A stretch of 64,000 nt of DNA from Longimicrobiales bacterium (lineage in GTDB: Bacteria > Gemmatimonadota > Gemmatimonadetes > Longimicrobiales > Gaopeijiaceae), in NCBI GenBank assembly GCA_965218295.1, contig CBDCKN010000009.1, positions 1 to 64,000 of the forward strand, in the 5' to 3' direction. Below, one piece after another: positions 1 to 9,405 of the stretch. The notes below the pieces were generated by a model. That model saw nothing but the letters and a program-made list of their open reading frames with translations. It had not been told where the DNA came from and did not search any database. The translations under genes were made by a program, and so were the position numbers. Positions within the stretch are counted from its first letter, which is position 1. Every line of letters begins with the position of its first letter.

Positions 1-627
1 CTCAAGAAGGTCGCCCAGTCCGCAGAGTTCTCCGCCATCACCGCGGACGACGCACCCGGATGGCTCATGGGGCAGGCACAGGCGCGATTCGGCATGACAA
101 TCGAGCCCGATGCGGCCCGGGCTCTCGCCCACGGGATCGGAACCGATCTCGGAATCCTGTCGCGGGAGCTGGAGAAGTTGGCGGGCTTCGCCGGTGAGGG
201 CGAGCGCATCACCATCGAGCACGTGCGCACCGCCGGGAGCGTCCTCCCCAAACAGGACCGCTGGCACTGGTTCGACCTGGTGGGCGGCCGGAAGTTCGAC
301 GAGGCGTTACGGGGACTTCGTATCCTGCTGGCCCAGGGCGAGAGCGGGGTTGGCATCACCGTGGGCCTCGCCACCCACCTCCTCCGGATCGGCATCGCGG
401 TGGAGCAGGGGCAGGCGGCTCTCGAGCAGGTGCTCCCTCCGCACCAGAAGTGGCTGTCCCGGCAGATCGCGCGGCAGGCCGACGGCTGGAGCTCGGCGGC
501 GATCCGGGAAGGGATTCTCGGACTCCTGCGGGTGGACCGGCTGCTCAAGGCGAGCTCACTCTCGGACGAGCACCACCTCGAGGAATGGCTTCTCACCGTT
601 ATGACCTTCGAAGACGCGGCGGCCTGA
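1..627 (+). CDS. holA: DNA polymerase III delta subunit (5' end outside window)
   Basis: Frame is open from base 1. GTDLGILSRELEKL and RVDRLLKAS motifs are typical of the HolA C-terminal half. Confidence 0.85.
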   Translation, partial: LKKVAQSAEFSAITADDAPGWLMGQAQARFGMTIEPDAARALAHGIGTDLGILSRELEKLAGFAGEGERITIEHVRTAGSVLPKQDRWHWFDLVGGRKFDEALRGLRILLAQGESGVGITVGLATHLLRIGIAVEQGQAALEQVLPPHQKWLSRQIARQADGWSSAAIREGILGLLRVDRLLKASSLSDEHHLEEWLLTVMTFEDAAA

Positions 628-1631
628 TGGAACCGCGGGCTCTCTGGGTGATTGTTGTCGTCCTGTTTCCTGCTGTCCTATTACTCGCGGTCCCCGCTCC
701 GGCGGCCGGTCAGGAGGGTCAGGAGGGTCTGGAGGGTCAGGAGGGTCTGGAGGGTCTGGAGGGTCTGGAGGGTCTGGGTTCCGTCGACGCCCTGGCTGCG
801 GCCGGGCGCACCGAGGAGGCCCGGGCCGTGCTGGAAACGTGGTGGGACAGTGAGCGGACCCGGTCCAGCCGCCGTGATCGGCAGCGTGGACTGTGGCTTC
901 GGGCTGTCCTCACCGTGGACCCGGGGATGGCGAGCCTGGATTATCAGCGACTGGTGGTGGGGTACCCGGGGGGGCCATATTCGGATGAAGCGCTGGTGCG
1001 TCTGGCCATGATCGCCGGCTCAGACGCGGATCTGCTGGGTGCGGCGGGGTACTACCGCACCCTCTTGCAGGACTATCCCCGGAGTCCGGAGCGGGTGACA
1101 GCGCGGCAGTGGCTCTCGGACCACTCCGAGGAGATCGAGGAGGCCGAGGAGGCCGCGGCGCTGGAGGCCCGGGCGGCTGCGGAGGCCCGGGCGGCTGCTG
1201 AGGCCCGGGCTGCTGCTGAGGCCCGGGCTGCTGGTGAGGCCCAGGCTGCTGCTGATTCGGCAGCAGCGCTGGAGCGGGCGGCTCCTCCAGCGGCGGATTC
1301 GGCGGGTGAGGTCGAACCCGAGGTGGCGGACTCGCTGCCGGGGGTCGAGGAGCCGGAGCAGGAGGAGGCTCCGGCGGAAGAGGTTGGGGGATACGCGGTC
1401 CAGCTCGGGGCGTTCTCCACGGAAGAGCGCGCCGACAGATTCGCAGAAACCTTGGCCCAGGCGGGCTTCGAGACCCGCGTGGTGCGGGTCGAGGGGAGCC
1501 CGCTGTTGCGGGTGCGGGTCGGGCGGTTCGCCGAGCGTTCGGCGGCGTCCGAGCTGATGGCCGAGATCGATAGGTTGGGCTACGACGCTGCGGTGGTCTC
1601 GGACGTGGCGAAAGAGGGGCCGATTAGGTGA
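627..1631 (+). CDS. Exported SPOR-domain protein with TPR-like N-terminal region and low-complexity linker
   Basis: ATG overlaps the holA stop. Signal peptide present. C-terminal YAVQLGAFS...RVRVGRF is a SPOR motif. Confidence 0.85.
   Translation: MEPRALWVIVVVLFPAVLLLAVPAPAAGQEGQEGLEGQEGLEGLEGLEGLGSVDALAAAGRTEEARAVLETWWDSERTRSSRRDRQRGLWLRAVLTVDPGMASLDYQRLVVGYPGGPYSDEALVRLAMIAGSDADLLGAAGYYRTLLQDYPRSPERVTARQWLSDHSEEIEEAEEAAALEARAAAEARAAAEARAAAEARAAGEAQAAADSAAALERAAPPAADSAGEVEPEVADSLPGVEEPEQEEAPAEEVGGYAVQLGAFSTEERADRFAETLAQAGFETRVVRVEGSPLLRVRVGRFAERSAASELMAEIDRLGYDAAVVSDVAKEGPIR
708..776 (+). repeat. 9-bp in-frame tandem repeat GGTC(A/T)GGAG, about 7.7 copies (GQE/GLE)
   Basis: Read directly from the sequence. 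Confidence 0.95.
1164..1253 (+). repeat. 18-bp in-frame tandem repeat, 5 copies (EARAAA)
   Basis: GAGGCCCGGGC(G/T)GCTGCN-like units read directly. Confidence 0.95.
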
Positions 1632-2197
1632 GTGTGATGGCGCGAACGGAAAAGTCCGTGTGGCACGTCGTCTTGGCCGAGGACAACGACGACCACGCGC
1701 TTCTCATCGAGATGGCTCTTGAGAGGGCCGTCGACGTGCCGGTGGACATCCGCAGGGCGCGGAACGGTGAGGAGGCTGTCGACCTCATCAGGGAATCAGC
1801 CCCCGACCTGCTGCTCCTGGACCTGAAGATGCCTGGAATGGGCGGACACGAGGTCTTGGAGGAGATCAAGGGAGACGACCGGCTTCGTAGCATCCCCGTG
1901 GCGGTTCTCACCTCGTCGGACCAGGACGAGGACATGGCCAGGAGCTACGGCCTAGGCGGCAATCACTTCATCACCAAGCCCGAGAGTCCTGCCGAGCTGG
2001 AGAAGAAGCTCCGGGCCCTCCTGCGGAACCTCACCGAGCTGAAGGGGATCCGCCGGGGATCGTCGGGGACCTCCACCACGGCCGTGAGTGCTGTGGACCC
2101 GGAAGCCATGATCGCGCGAAGCGTGGCGCGCTGGGCCGTCGTCGGCACGGTGCTGATCGCCCTCTACATCTTCGGAAAATTCGCGGGCGCTTTCTAG
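1628..2197 (+). CDS. Single-receiver response regulator with C-terminal hydrophobic segment
   Basis: AEDN, LLDLKMP, LTSS and FITKP receiver motifs. C-terminal WAVVGTVLIALYIFG is TM-like. Confidence 0.85.
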   Translation: MSVMARTEKSVWHVVLAEDNDDHALLIEMALERAVDVPVDIRRARNGEEAVDLIRESAPDLLLLDLKMPGMGGHEVLEEIKGDDRLRSIPVAVLTSSDQDEDMARSYGLGGNHFITKPESPAELEKKLRALLRNLTELKGIRRGSSGTSTTAVSAVDPEAMIARSVARWAVVGTVLIALYIFGKFAGAF

Positions 2198-2203
2198 AAG
2201 GCC

Positions 2204-2241
2204 GCCTCCTGGGGTACTGCTTTCGGAACCCTCTGGGGTAC
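2204..2241 (+). promoter_or_regulatory. Two CsoR-like operator boxes upstream of copA
   Basis: GCCTCCTGGGGTAC and AACCCTCTGGGGTAC resemble C-tract/G-tract TACC..GGTA CsoR operators and lie just before a Cu ATPase. Confidence 0.5.
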
Positions 2242-2252
2242 TCTAGAACGCC

Positions 2253-4751
2253 ATGGATGACGCGACATCAACGGATCGCCAGGCAGGATCGGCGGTCATC
2301 GAGCTACCGGTGGATGGCCTCCACTGCGCCGGGTGTGTGGCTTCCGTCGAGCGGGCCCTTACGGCCGTGGAGGGCGTGCAGGAGGCCAGCGTGAGCCTGG
2401 CCGAGGGAAGCGCCCGGTTGAAGATCGACCCGGAGGCCGTTGAGGTGGCAGCCCTGACCGAGGCGGTGGTACGGGCCGGATACGAGGTACCCGTCCTCAC
2501 CCAGGAAGTCGCCATCCGCGGCATGACCTGCGCGGCCTGCGTCCGCCGGGTGGAGATGGCCCTCGGCAGCGTTCCTGGAATCACCTCCGCCGAGGTGAGC
2601 CTCGCCACCGAGTCCGCGCGCATCGAGTACGTGCCGGGGGTCATGGACACGGCCGTGATGCGCGACACCGTGGCCGCCGCGGGCTACGAAGTGGACGCGG
2701 CCGCCGAGGCCGAGGGAATCGAGGAGACGCTCAAGCGCCGGGACGAGGAGCGGGAGCAGGAGGCGCGGAGCCTCCTTCGGCGTTTCTGGGTCGGGGCCGC
2801 ACTGGGTCTGCCCGTCGTCATCATCGGACACGCCCACTTCCATCCGGCCTTCCGGAGCATCGACCCGGTCACCATGCGCTGGCTGTGGGCGCTGAGCGGT
2901 GTGCTGACCATACCCATCATGGTATACGTGGGCGGTCGCTTCTTCACTGGCGGATGGTCCGCCTTCCGGCGGCACGACGCCAACATGGACACGCTGGTGG
3001 CCCTGGGCACCGGTGCGGCGTGGCTCTACTCCACCGTGGCCGTGGCCTTCCCGGGCCTCTTCCCCGAGGGGACGGTGCACCCGTTCTACGAGGCCACAGC
3101 CGTGGTCATCACCCTGGTCGTCCTGGGCCAGGCCCTGGAGGCCCGGGCCAAAGGGCGGACCTCCCAGGCGGTGCGCCGGCTCATGGACCTGCGTCCGCTG
3201 GTGGCCCGGGTCGTCCGGGGCGGCACCGAGGTGGAGGTCCCTGCGGCCGAGGTCCAGGTGGGCGAGATCGTCGTCGTCCGTCCCGGCGAGAAGATTCCGG
3301 TGGACGGGCGCGTCCGGGAGGGCCGAAGCGCGGTGGACGAGTCCATGGTCACGGGGGAGAGCATCCCCGTGGAGAAGGGGCCCGGGGACGAGGTCGTGGG
3401 TGGCACCATGAACAGCGCCGGCGTTCTCCACTTCCGGACCGAGCGCGTGGGCCGCGACATGGTCCTGTCGCGGATCGTGGAGATGGTCCGGGAGGCCCAG
3501 GGCGCCAAGCCGCCCATCCAGCGGGTCGTGGACGTGGTGGCCAGCTATTTCGTGCCCTCGGTGATGATCGTGTCGGTGGTCTCCTTCGCGCTCTGGTACA
3601 CCTTCGGTCCCGAGCCTGCGCTGAGCTACGCCGTGGTGGTGGCTGTGGCCGTTCTGGTCATCGCCTGCCCCTGCGCACTGGGGCTGGCCACGCCCATCTC
3701 CATCATGGTAGCGGTGGGGAAGGCTGCGGAGCACGGCATCCTCATCCGGAACGGAGAGGCGCTCCAGCGGGCTCGCTCGGTGGACACGGTGGTCCTCGAC
3801 AAGACGGGTACCGTCACACAGGGGAGGCCGACCCTCACTGACGTCGTGCCGTTGGGCGGTGCCTCCGACGAGGAGCTCCTGCGGCTGGCGGCCGCCACGG
3901 AAACGGGCTCCGAGCACCCCCTTGCCCAGGCGGTGGCCGAGGGCGCCGCTGCCCGGGGCGTCGAGTATCCGGCGGCGTCCGACTTCGAGGCCGCTCCCGG
4001 GCTGGGTATCCAGGCCACCGTGGACGGCCGGTCAGTCTTGGTGGGCACGGCGGCATTCCTTGTGCAGGCTGGAGTGGAGACGGGCGCTTTGGAGGAGCAG
4101 GCGACCAAGCTGGCCGAGACGGGCCGGACACCCATCCTGGTGGCCGCCGACGGTCAGCCTCTGGGTGCGCTCGGGATCTCTGATCCGGTGAAGGAGGAGT
4201 CAGCGGCCGCCATCGCCCGGCTCCAGGAGATGGGCCTGCACGTGGTCATCCTCACCGGCGACCACGAGGCCACGGCCCAGGCGGTGGCGAAGGAGGTGGG
4301 TGTGGAGTCCGTGCTCGCTCGGGTTCTCCCGGACCAGAAGGCCCAACGGATCAAGGAGCTCCAGGACCAGGGGCGAAGCGTTGCCATGGTGGGCGACGGC
4401 ATCAACGACGCCCCGGCATTGGCTCAGGCCGACGTGGGCATCGCCATCGGCACCGGTACGGACGTGGCCATGGAGGCCGGCGACGTGACGCTCATGGGCG
4501 GCTCGCTCGAGGGGGTGGTGGAGATGATGGAGATCTCCGAAGCCACCTTCAGGAACATCCGCCAGAACCTGGTAGGCGCGTTCATCTACAACACGCTGGG
4601 GATTCCCGTGGCCGCCGGTGTCTTCTATCCGTTCCTAGGGATCCTGCTCTCGCCCGTCATCGCCGGTGCGGCCATGGCGTTCAGCTCCGTGACGGTTGTG
4701 ACCAACGCCAACCGGCTGCGGGGCTTCACGCCGCGGGGTGTGGAGGTGTAG
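2253..4751 (+). CDS. copA: Cu(I)-translocating P1B-type ATPase with two HMA domains
   Basis: CAGC and CAAC metal-binding motifs, [27 protein letters not shown] and MAFSS. Confidence 0.93.
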   Translation: MDDATSTDRQAGSAVIELPVDGLHCAGCVASVERALTAVEGVQEASVSLAEGSARLKIDPEAVEVAALTEAVVRAGYEVPVLTQEVAIRGMTCAACVRRVEMALGSVPGITSAEVSLATESARIEYVPGVMDTAVMRDTVAAAGYEVDAAAEAEGIEETLKRRDEEREQEARSLLRRFWVGAALGLPVVIIGHAHFHPAFRSIDPVTMRWLWALSGVLTIPIMVYVGGRFFTGGWSAFRRHDANMDTLVALGTGAAWLYSTVAVAFPGLFPEGTVHPFYEATAVVITLVVLGQALEARAKGRTSQAVRRLMDLRPLVARVVRGGTEVEVPAAEVQVGEIVVVRPGEKIPVDGRVREGRSAVDESMVTGESIPVEKGPGDEVVGGTMNSAGVLHFRTERVGRDMVLSRIVEMVREAQGAKPPIQRVVDVVASYFVPSVMIVSVVSFALWYTFGPEPALSYAVVVAVAVLVIACPCALGLATPISIMVAVGKAAEHGILIRNGEALQRARSVDTVVLDKTGTVTQGRPTLTDVVPLGGASDEELLRLAAATETGSEHPLAQAVAEGAAARGVEYPAASDFEAAPGLGIQATVDGRSVLVGTAAFLVQAGVETGALEEQATKLAETGRTPILVAADGQPLGALGISDPVKEESAAAIARLQEMGLHVVILTGDHEATAQAVAKEVGVESVLARVLPDQKAQRIKELQDQGRSVAMVGDGINDAPALAQADVGIAIGTGTDVAMEAGDVTLMGGSLEGVVEMMEISEATFRNIRQNLVGAFIYNTLGIPVAAGVFYPFLGILLSPVIAGAAMAFSSVTVVTNANRLRGFTPRGVEV

Positions 4752-4755
4752 GGGC

Positions 4756-4860
4756 GTGGCGCTGGGTGGTGCGGAGGCGGACGTCATCCTCGTCAACGTC
4801 GGGGCGGTTGCCGCCATCGTCTGGATCGTCTGGTACTTCTGGCTATCGGAGAAGCAGTAG
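4756..4860 (+). CDS. 34-aa single-TM peptide MALGGAEADVILVNVGAVAAIVWIVWYFWLSEKQ (absent from ORF track)
   Basis: GGAGGT SD at 4742-4747, GTG start 4 nt after the copA stop, hydrophobic helix. Confidence 0.6.
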   Translation: MALGGAEADVILVNVGAVAAIVWIVWYFWLSEKQ

Positions 4861-4867
4861 GGGTACT

Positions 4868-5944
4868 TCACTCCCCCGCCAGCACCGCCTCCCAGGCGTC
4901 GAGCATCCCCTCGAAAGAAAAGCGCTCTCGGTAGCGCTCGCTGGCGGCCTTCCCCATGGCGTCCCTGACGCGTCGGTCGTAGACGATGGAGTTCATGCCC
5001 GAGGCGATCTCCGGTGGGGCAAAGCCTGTCACCAGCCCCGGGGGCTGGCCGTCGGGCCCGGGCTCCAGCCCCTCCCGGGCACCCGAGACGTCGGTGGACA
5101 CTACGGGCACGCCCCGCGACATGGCCTCGAGCATCACACCCGCCATGCCCTCCCGGTCGGAGGTGATGACCAGGACGTCCAGAGCCTCCATCACGGTTCC
5201 GATGTCCGGACAGTAGCCCAGGAAGCGGACCCGGTCCCTGAGCCCCAGCGTCTCCGCGAGTTGACCCAGGGCCCCCCGCAGGGGCCCCTCGCCAGCGATG
5301 GCCAGGTGGGCATCGTTCGGCAGGAACACCATGGCCTCCAGGAGGCGGTCGAAGCGCCTCTTGGACACGAGTCGCCCGACGCTTCCCACCAGGGGCCCAC
5401 TCACGGGAAGGCCCAGGGCCCTGCGGGCCTCCTCGGCGCTCCTCCGCTCTCCCTGGGGTGGAAGCCCCTTGTAGATGGTGACGAAGCGGTCCTCCAGCTC
5501 CGGGAGCCGCTCCACGTAGGATTTCCGCATCCCGTCGGACACGAACACAACCTGATCCACCCAGCGCTTCAAGACGAAGCGGTACTTGGCGCTGCTGGGC
5601 GTGTCGGTGGAGAGCCCGGCGCGGACCACGACACGGGGCCCCCCGGCCATGCGTGCGCCCAGGGCCGCCAGCCAGAGCTTCCCAAACGTGCCCACCAGAA
5701 GGGCGTCGGGCCTCTCAACACGGAGTGCCCTACTCAGGAGGACGGCGTCGTGCAACGCGATGTCGCCCCCGAGATGCACCTGCCGGGTGGCGATGCCCTT
5801 GGCCTGGGCGCGCTCCATGACCACGGAGCGGTTGGCGAACAGGGTCACCTCGTGGCCCCGTCCGGCCAGTCCGGCCAGGAGGTCGGTGAGGGCGATCTCG
5901 GCGCCGCCCCACTCGGGGGCGCCGCTGTGGGCGATGATGCGCAT
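4868..5944 (-). CDS. GT4-family glycosyltransferase
   Basis: WGGAE, VGRLVSKR and EGMAGVMLEAM motifs. Alternative GTG start at 5980. Confidence 0.9.
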   Translation of the reverse strand: MRIIAHSGAPEWGGAEIALTDLLAGLAGRGHEVTLFANRSVVMERAQAKGIATRQVHLGGDIALHDAVLLSRALRVERPDALLVGTFGKLWLAALGARMAGGPRVVVRAGLSTDTPSSAKYRFVLKRWVDQVVFVSDGMRKSYVERLPELEDRFVTIYKGLPPQGERRSAEEARRALGLPVSGPLVGSVGRLVSKRRFDRLLEAMVFLPNDAHLAIAGEGPLRGALGQLAETLGLRDRVRFLGYCPDIGTVMEALDVLVITSDREGMAGVMLEAMSRGVPVVSTDVSGAREGLEPGPDGQPPGLVTGFAPPEIASGMNSIVYDRRVRDAMGKAASERYRERFSFEGMLDAWEAVLAGE

Positions 5945-6125
5945 GGGTGCTCGGATGTCGGCTCGGTTCAGGAGCCGCACCGAGTTGATCTCCCGGCTGA
6001 AGGCCGTGTCGGAGGATCCTCCTCATGACACGGTTGGTTGATCGGGTTCCTGAGGGTGGGTATCGTACGTTGCGAGACCAACACACTTACGCTCGACATG
6101 GCGCGCTAGCCCCTTACCCCGCGGA

Positions 6126-8879
6126 ATGTCAAAGGCTGACGATACTCCACTGATGCGCCAGTGGCGAGAGGTGAAATCCCGTCACCGGGACTCCCTCGTT
6201 TTCTTCCGGGTCGGGGACTTCTACGAACTGTTCTACGGCGACGCGGAAGAGGGCTCTCGCCTCCTCGGTCTCACCCTCACTTCCCGGAACAACGGGGCCG
6301 CTGCACGGGTGCCCCTGGCCGGCGTCCCGGCCAAGGCTCTGGACGAGTATCTCGGCCGGCTGGTCAAGCTGGGCCGGAAGGTGGCCATCTGCGATCAGGT
6401 GGAGGATCCGGCCGAAGCCAAGGGGATCGTCCGCCGTGAGGTCACCGAGACGGTCACCCCCGGAACCGTCCTCCAGGACACGCTCCTGACCGCCAAGCGG
6501 AACAACTTCCTGGTAGCCCTCACCGAGGCCACGGAGCAGGGCGTGGGCGTGGCCACCCTGGACCTCTCCACCGGCGAGCTCTCGGCCCAGGCCGTACCGC
6601 CCGCCGAGCTCCGGGCCGAGCTGGGGCGGCGCGACCCCACCGAACTGCTACTCCCGCGGTCGCTGGAGTGGTTGGACCCGGCGGTGGCGGGCGCCGCGGT
6701 GGTGGGTGGGGCGCCGGGGGATGGCGGGCGAGAGGCGGGGGGGCCGGACGGCCTGATCGCGGGGGGGACCAACGCCGCCGCGGGGGATGCCCACCGCGCA
6801 ACGCACGCCGCCCTGTCCGATGCGGCCCCCGGCGTCCTCCGCACCTACCGGGACGACTGGGTCTTCGACTACGAGACGGCTGCCGACGAGCTGAAGCGCC
6901 GCTACGGCGTGCAAAGCCTGGACGCCTTCGGCTTCCAGAAGGACGACCGCGTTCTGGTACGCGCCACCGGGGCGCTCCTGGCCTACGTGGGCGAGATCAG
7001 GCCGGGGGGAGTGGCGCACCTGAGAGCCCCGCAGATCCTCCGGCGCGGGAGCGCCATGCTCCTGGACGAGATGACCCGCCGGAACCTGGAGCTGGTCGAG
7101 CCCTTGCGGGTGGGCGAAGAGGGCGGGACCCTCATCTCCGTGCTGGACGAGACCGTCACGGCCATGGGCGCCCGGGCTCTCCGGCGCTGGCTCCTCCACC
7201 CACTGGTGGATGCCGAGCAGATCTGGAGCCGGCAGGAGGCGGTGACCGAGCTCTTCAATGAGCCCGACCTGAGGGACCGCCTCCGGGAGGCCCTGGGCCG
7301 CATGACCGACCTGGAGCGGCTGGCGGGCAAGGTGGGGGCGGGTCGGGTCTCGCCCCGGGAGCTTCTGGGCTTGGGCCGGTCCCTGGCCGAACTTCCCACC
7401 ATCCGCCAAGCGGGGGAGGGGGCGGGGAGCGCGCTCCTGGGGAGTCTGGTCTCCGAGATGGATCTCCTGGAGGATGTGCGCGAGCTCGTGGAGACGGCCA
7501 TCTCGCCTGACGCCCCAGCCACACTCCAGGACGGCGGCGCGATCCGGGAAGGCTACTCCGAGGAGCTGGACGACCTTCGCCAGACCCGGGACGGCGCCCG
7601 GGACTTCATCGCGGGCCTTCAGAGCCGGGAGCGGGAGCGCACGGGCATCAACTCACTCAAGGTCGGCTTCAACAGGGTCTTCGGATACTATCTGGAGGTC
7701 ACCAAGGCGAACCTCGACAAGGTGCCCGAGGACTACGTCCGCAAGCAGACGCTGACCAACGCCGAGCGCTACTTCACGCCCGAGCTGAAGGAGTGGGAGG
7801 AGAAGGTCTTCGGCGCCGAGGACCGCATGGAGAAGCTCGAGGCCGAGCTCTTCGGCGAGGTGCGCCGGCGGGTGGCGGCCGAGGTGTCCCGCATCCAGGA
7901 GGCGGGGGCCCGGGCCGCCCGCCTCGACGTCCTCGCCACCCTGGCCCACGTGGCGGAGCAGCGGCAGTACGTCCGTCCGGAGGTCCACACGGGGTTCGAG
8001 GTGGAGATCGAGGCCGGCCGGCATCCGGTGGTGGAGACGATGATGCCCGCCGAGTCGTTCATCCCCAACGACCTCTCCCTGGACGAGGACGGACGCATCG
8101 TCATCCTCACGGGCCCCAACATGGCGGGGAAGTCCACGGTGCTCCGGCAGGTGGGCCTCATCCACCTCATGGCCCAGATCGGCTCCTTCGTGCCGGCGAA
8201 CCGAGCCAGACTCCCGGTGTGCGACCGCATCTTCACCCGGGTAGGCGCCTCCGACAATCTGGCTCGCGGGCAGTCGACGTTCATGGTGGAGATGAACGAG
8301 ACGGCGTCCATCATCCACGGGGCCACCGACCGGAGCCTGGTGCTCCTGGACGAGATAGGGAGGGGGACCAGCACCTACGACGGCGTGTCCATCGCCTGGG
8401 CCGTCACCGAGTACCTACACGAGAACCTGGGCTGCAAGACCATCTTCGCCACTCACTATCACGAGCTCACCCAGCTCGGCGACCTGCTCCCCGGCGTGAA
8501 GAACATGAACGTGCTCGTGCGGGAGGTGGGCGACGAGATCGTCTTCCTGCGGAGGCTCGAAGACGGCGGAGCGGACCGCTCTTACGGCGTTCAGGTGGCA
8601 CGCCTCGCGGGGCTGCCCACCGACCTCATCGCCCGTGCCAGGGAACTTCTGACCGAGCTGGAGGGAACACATTCGGGTGGAGGAGAGGGGCTGGGCCGTT
8701 ACGGAGAGCATCGGCCCGCTTCCGAGCCTCCTCCGGATCAGCTGTCGTTCTTCGCCGCGGCGGAGCCGCCGATCCTGAAGCGGCTCCGGGCCATCGATCC
8801 GGAAACGATGACGCCGAGGGAAGCCTTGGATCTGTTGTTCGAGCTCCGGGAGGAATCCGGAACCGGAGACGCGGAGTGA
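6126..8879 (+). CDS. mutS: DNA mismatch repair protein MutS
   Basis: TPLMRQ, FRVGDFYELF, TGPNMAGKST, DEIGRGTS and SYGVQVARLAG motifs. Confidence 0.98.
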   Translation: MSKADDTPLMRQWREVKSRHRDSLVFFRVGDFYELFYGDAEEGSRLLGLTLTSRNNGAAARVPLAGVPAKALDEYLGRLVKLGRKVAICDQVEDPAEAKGIVRREVTETVTPGTVLQDTLLTAKRNNFLVALTEATEQGVGVATLDLSTGELSAQAVPPAELRAELGRRDPTELLLPRSLEWLDPAVAGAAVVGGAPGDGGREAGGPDGLIAGGTNAAAGDAHRATHAALSDAAPGVLRTYRDDWVFDYETAADELKRRYGVQSLDAFGFQKDDRVLVRATGALLAYVGEIRPGGVAHLRAPQILRRGSAMLLDEMTRRNLELVEPLRVGEEGGTLISVLDETVTAMGARALRRWLLHPLVDAEQIWSRQEAVTELFNEPDLRDRLREALGRMTDLERLAGKVGAGRVSPRELLGLGRSLAELPTIRQAGEGAGSALLGSLVSEMDLLEDVRELVETAISPDAPATLQDGGAIREGYSEELDDLRQTRDGARDFIAGLQSRERERTGINSLKVGFNRVFGYYLEVTKANLDKVPEDYVRKQTLTNAERYFTPELKEWEEKVFGAEDRMEKLEAELFGEVRRRVAAEVSRIQEAGARAARLDVLATLAHVAEQRQYVRPEVHTGFEVEIEAGRHPVVETMMPAESFIPNDLSLDEDGRIVILTGPNMAGKSTVLRQVGLIHLMAQIGSFVPANRARLPVCDRIFTRVGASDNLARGQSTFMVEMNETASIIHGATDRSLVLLDEIGRGTSTYDGVSIAWAVTEYLHENLGCKTIFATHYHELTQLGDLLPGVKNMNVLVREVGDEIVFLRRLEDGGADRSYGVQVARLAGLPTDLIARARELLTELEGTHSGGGEGLGRYGEHRPASEPPPDQLSFFAAAEPPILKRLRAIDPETMTPREALDLLFELREESGTGDAE

Positions 8880-9307
8880 GTCGATCCTTGTCGCGTCGAG
8901 CGCTTCCGGGTGGCGCTCGCGCACTCCCGCGTCTTGCGTTCCGCGGCCGAGCGCCCCTGACGGGCGCTCGCCTGGCGGGCGCGCTCCTGGCCGCCGGCGT
9001 CATGGGCTGCACCAGCGACCCGGATATCGAAAGCCCGTCACCTCTGTCGGCGTCGGTGCCGATCGAGTACCCGCTGGAACTGTGGGACCAGGGCATCGAG
9101 GGGCGCTGCATGCTCAAGGTCCGGGTGACGGCTCTGGGCGACGTCGATAGTGTGCTGGTCCTGGAGTCAAGCGGGCACATCGCCTTCGACTCCTCTGCCA
9201 TCCGAGGCGCCAAGACCCTCAAGTTCAGCCCGGCTCGCAAGGACGGGAAGCGCATCGAAGTCTGGGCCCACGTGCCCGTCCACTTCTCGAAGAAGCCCCG
9301 CCCCTGA
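8876..9307 (+). CDS. TonB C-terminal domain protein, probably a lipoprotein
   Basis: GTGA overlap with mutS, lipobox-like GVMGC, and YP...GIEG...SSGH.AFD.SA...FSPA TonB_C pattern. Start uncertain. Confidence 0.8.
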   Translation: MSRSLSRRALPGGARALPRLAFRGRAPLTGARLAGALLAAGVMGCTSDPDIESPSPLSASVPIEYPLELWDQGIEGRCMLKVRVTALGDVDSVLVLESSGHIAFDSSAIRGAKTLKFSPARKDGKRIEVWAHVPVHFSKKPRP

Positions 9308-9405
9308 CCGTGCAGAAGGTCCGGCCCCGACCGAGCGGAGAGGTCCGGAGGCCGACTGTGCAGCGAGGTCGAGCCCCGATCACACACACTAGGACATAGA
9401 CGGAC

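Noticed and set aside
708..1253. Short repeats as a CRISPR array (also 60981-61430)
   Set aside because: They are in-frame coding repeats without unique spacers, and no cas genes are present.
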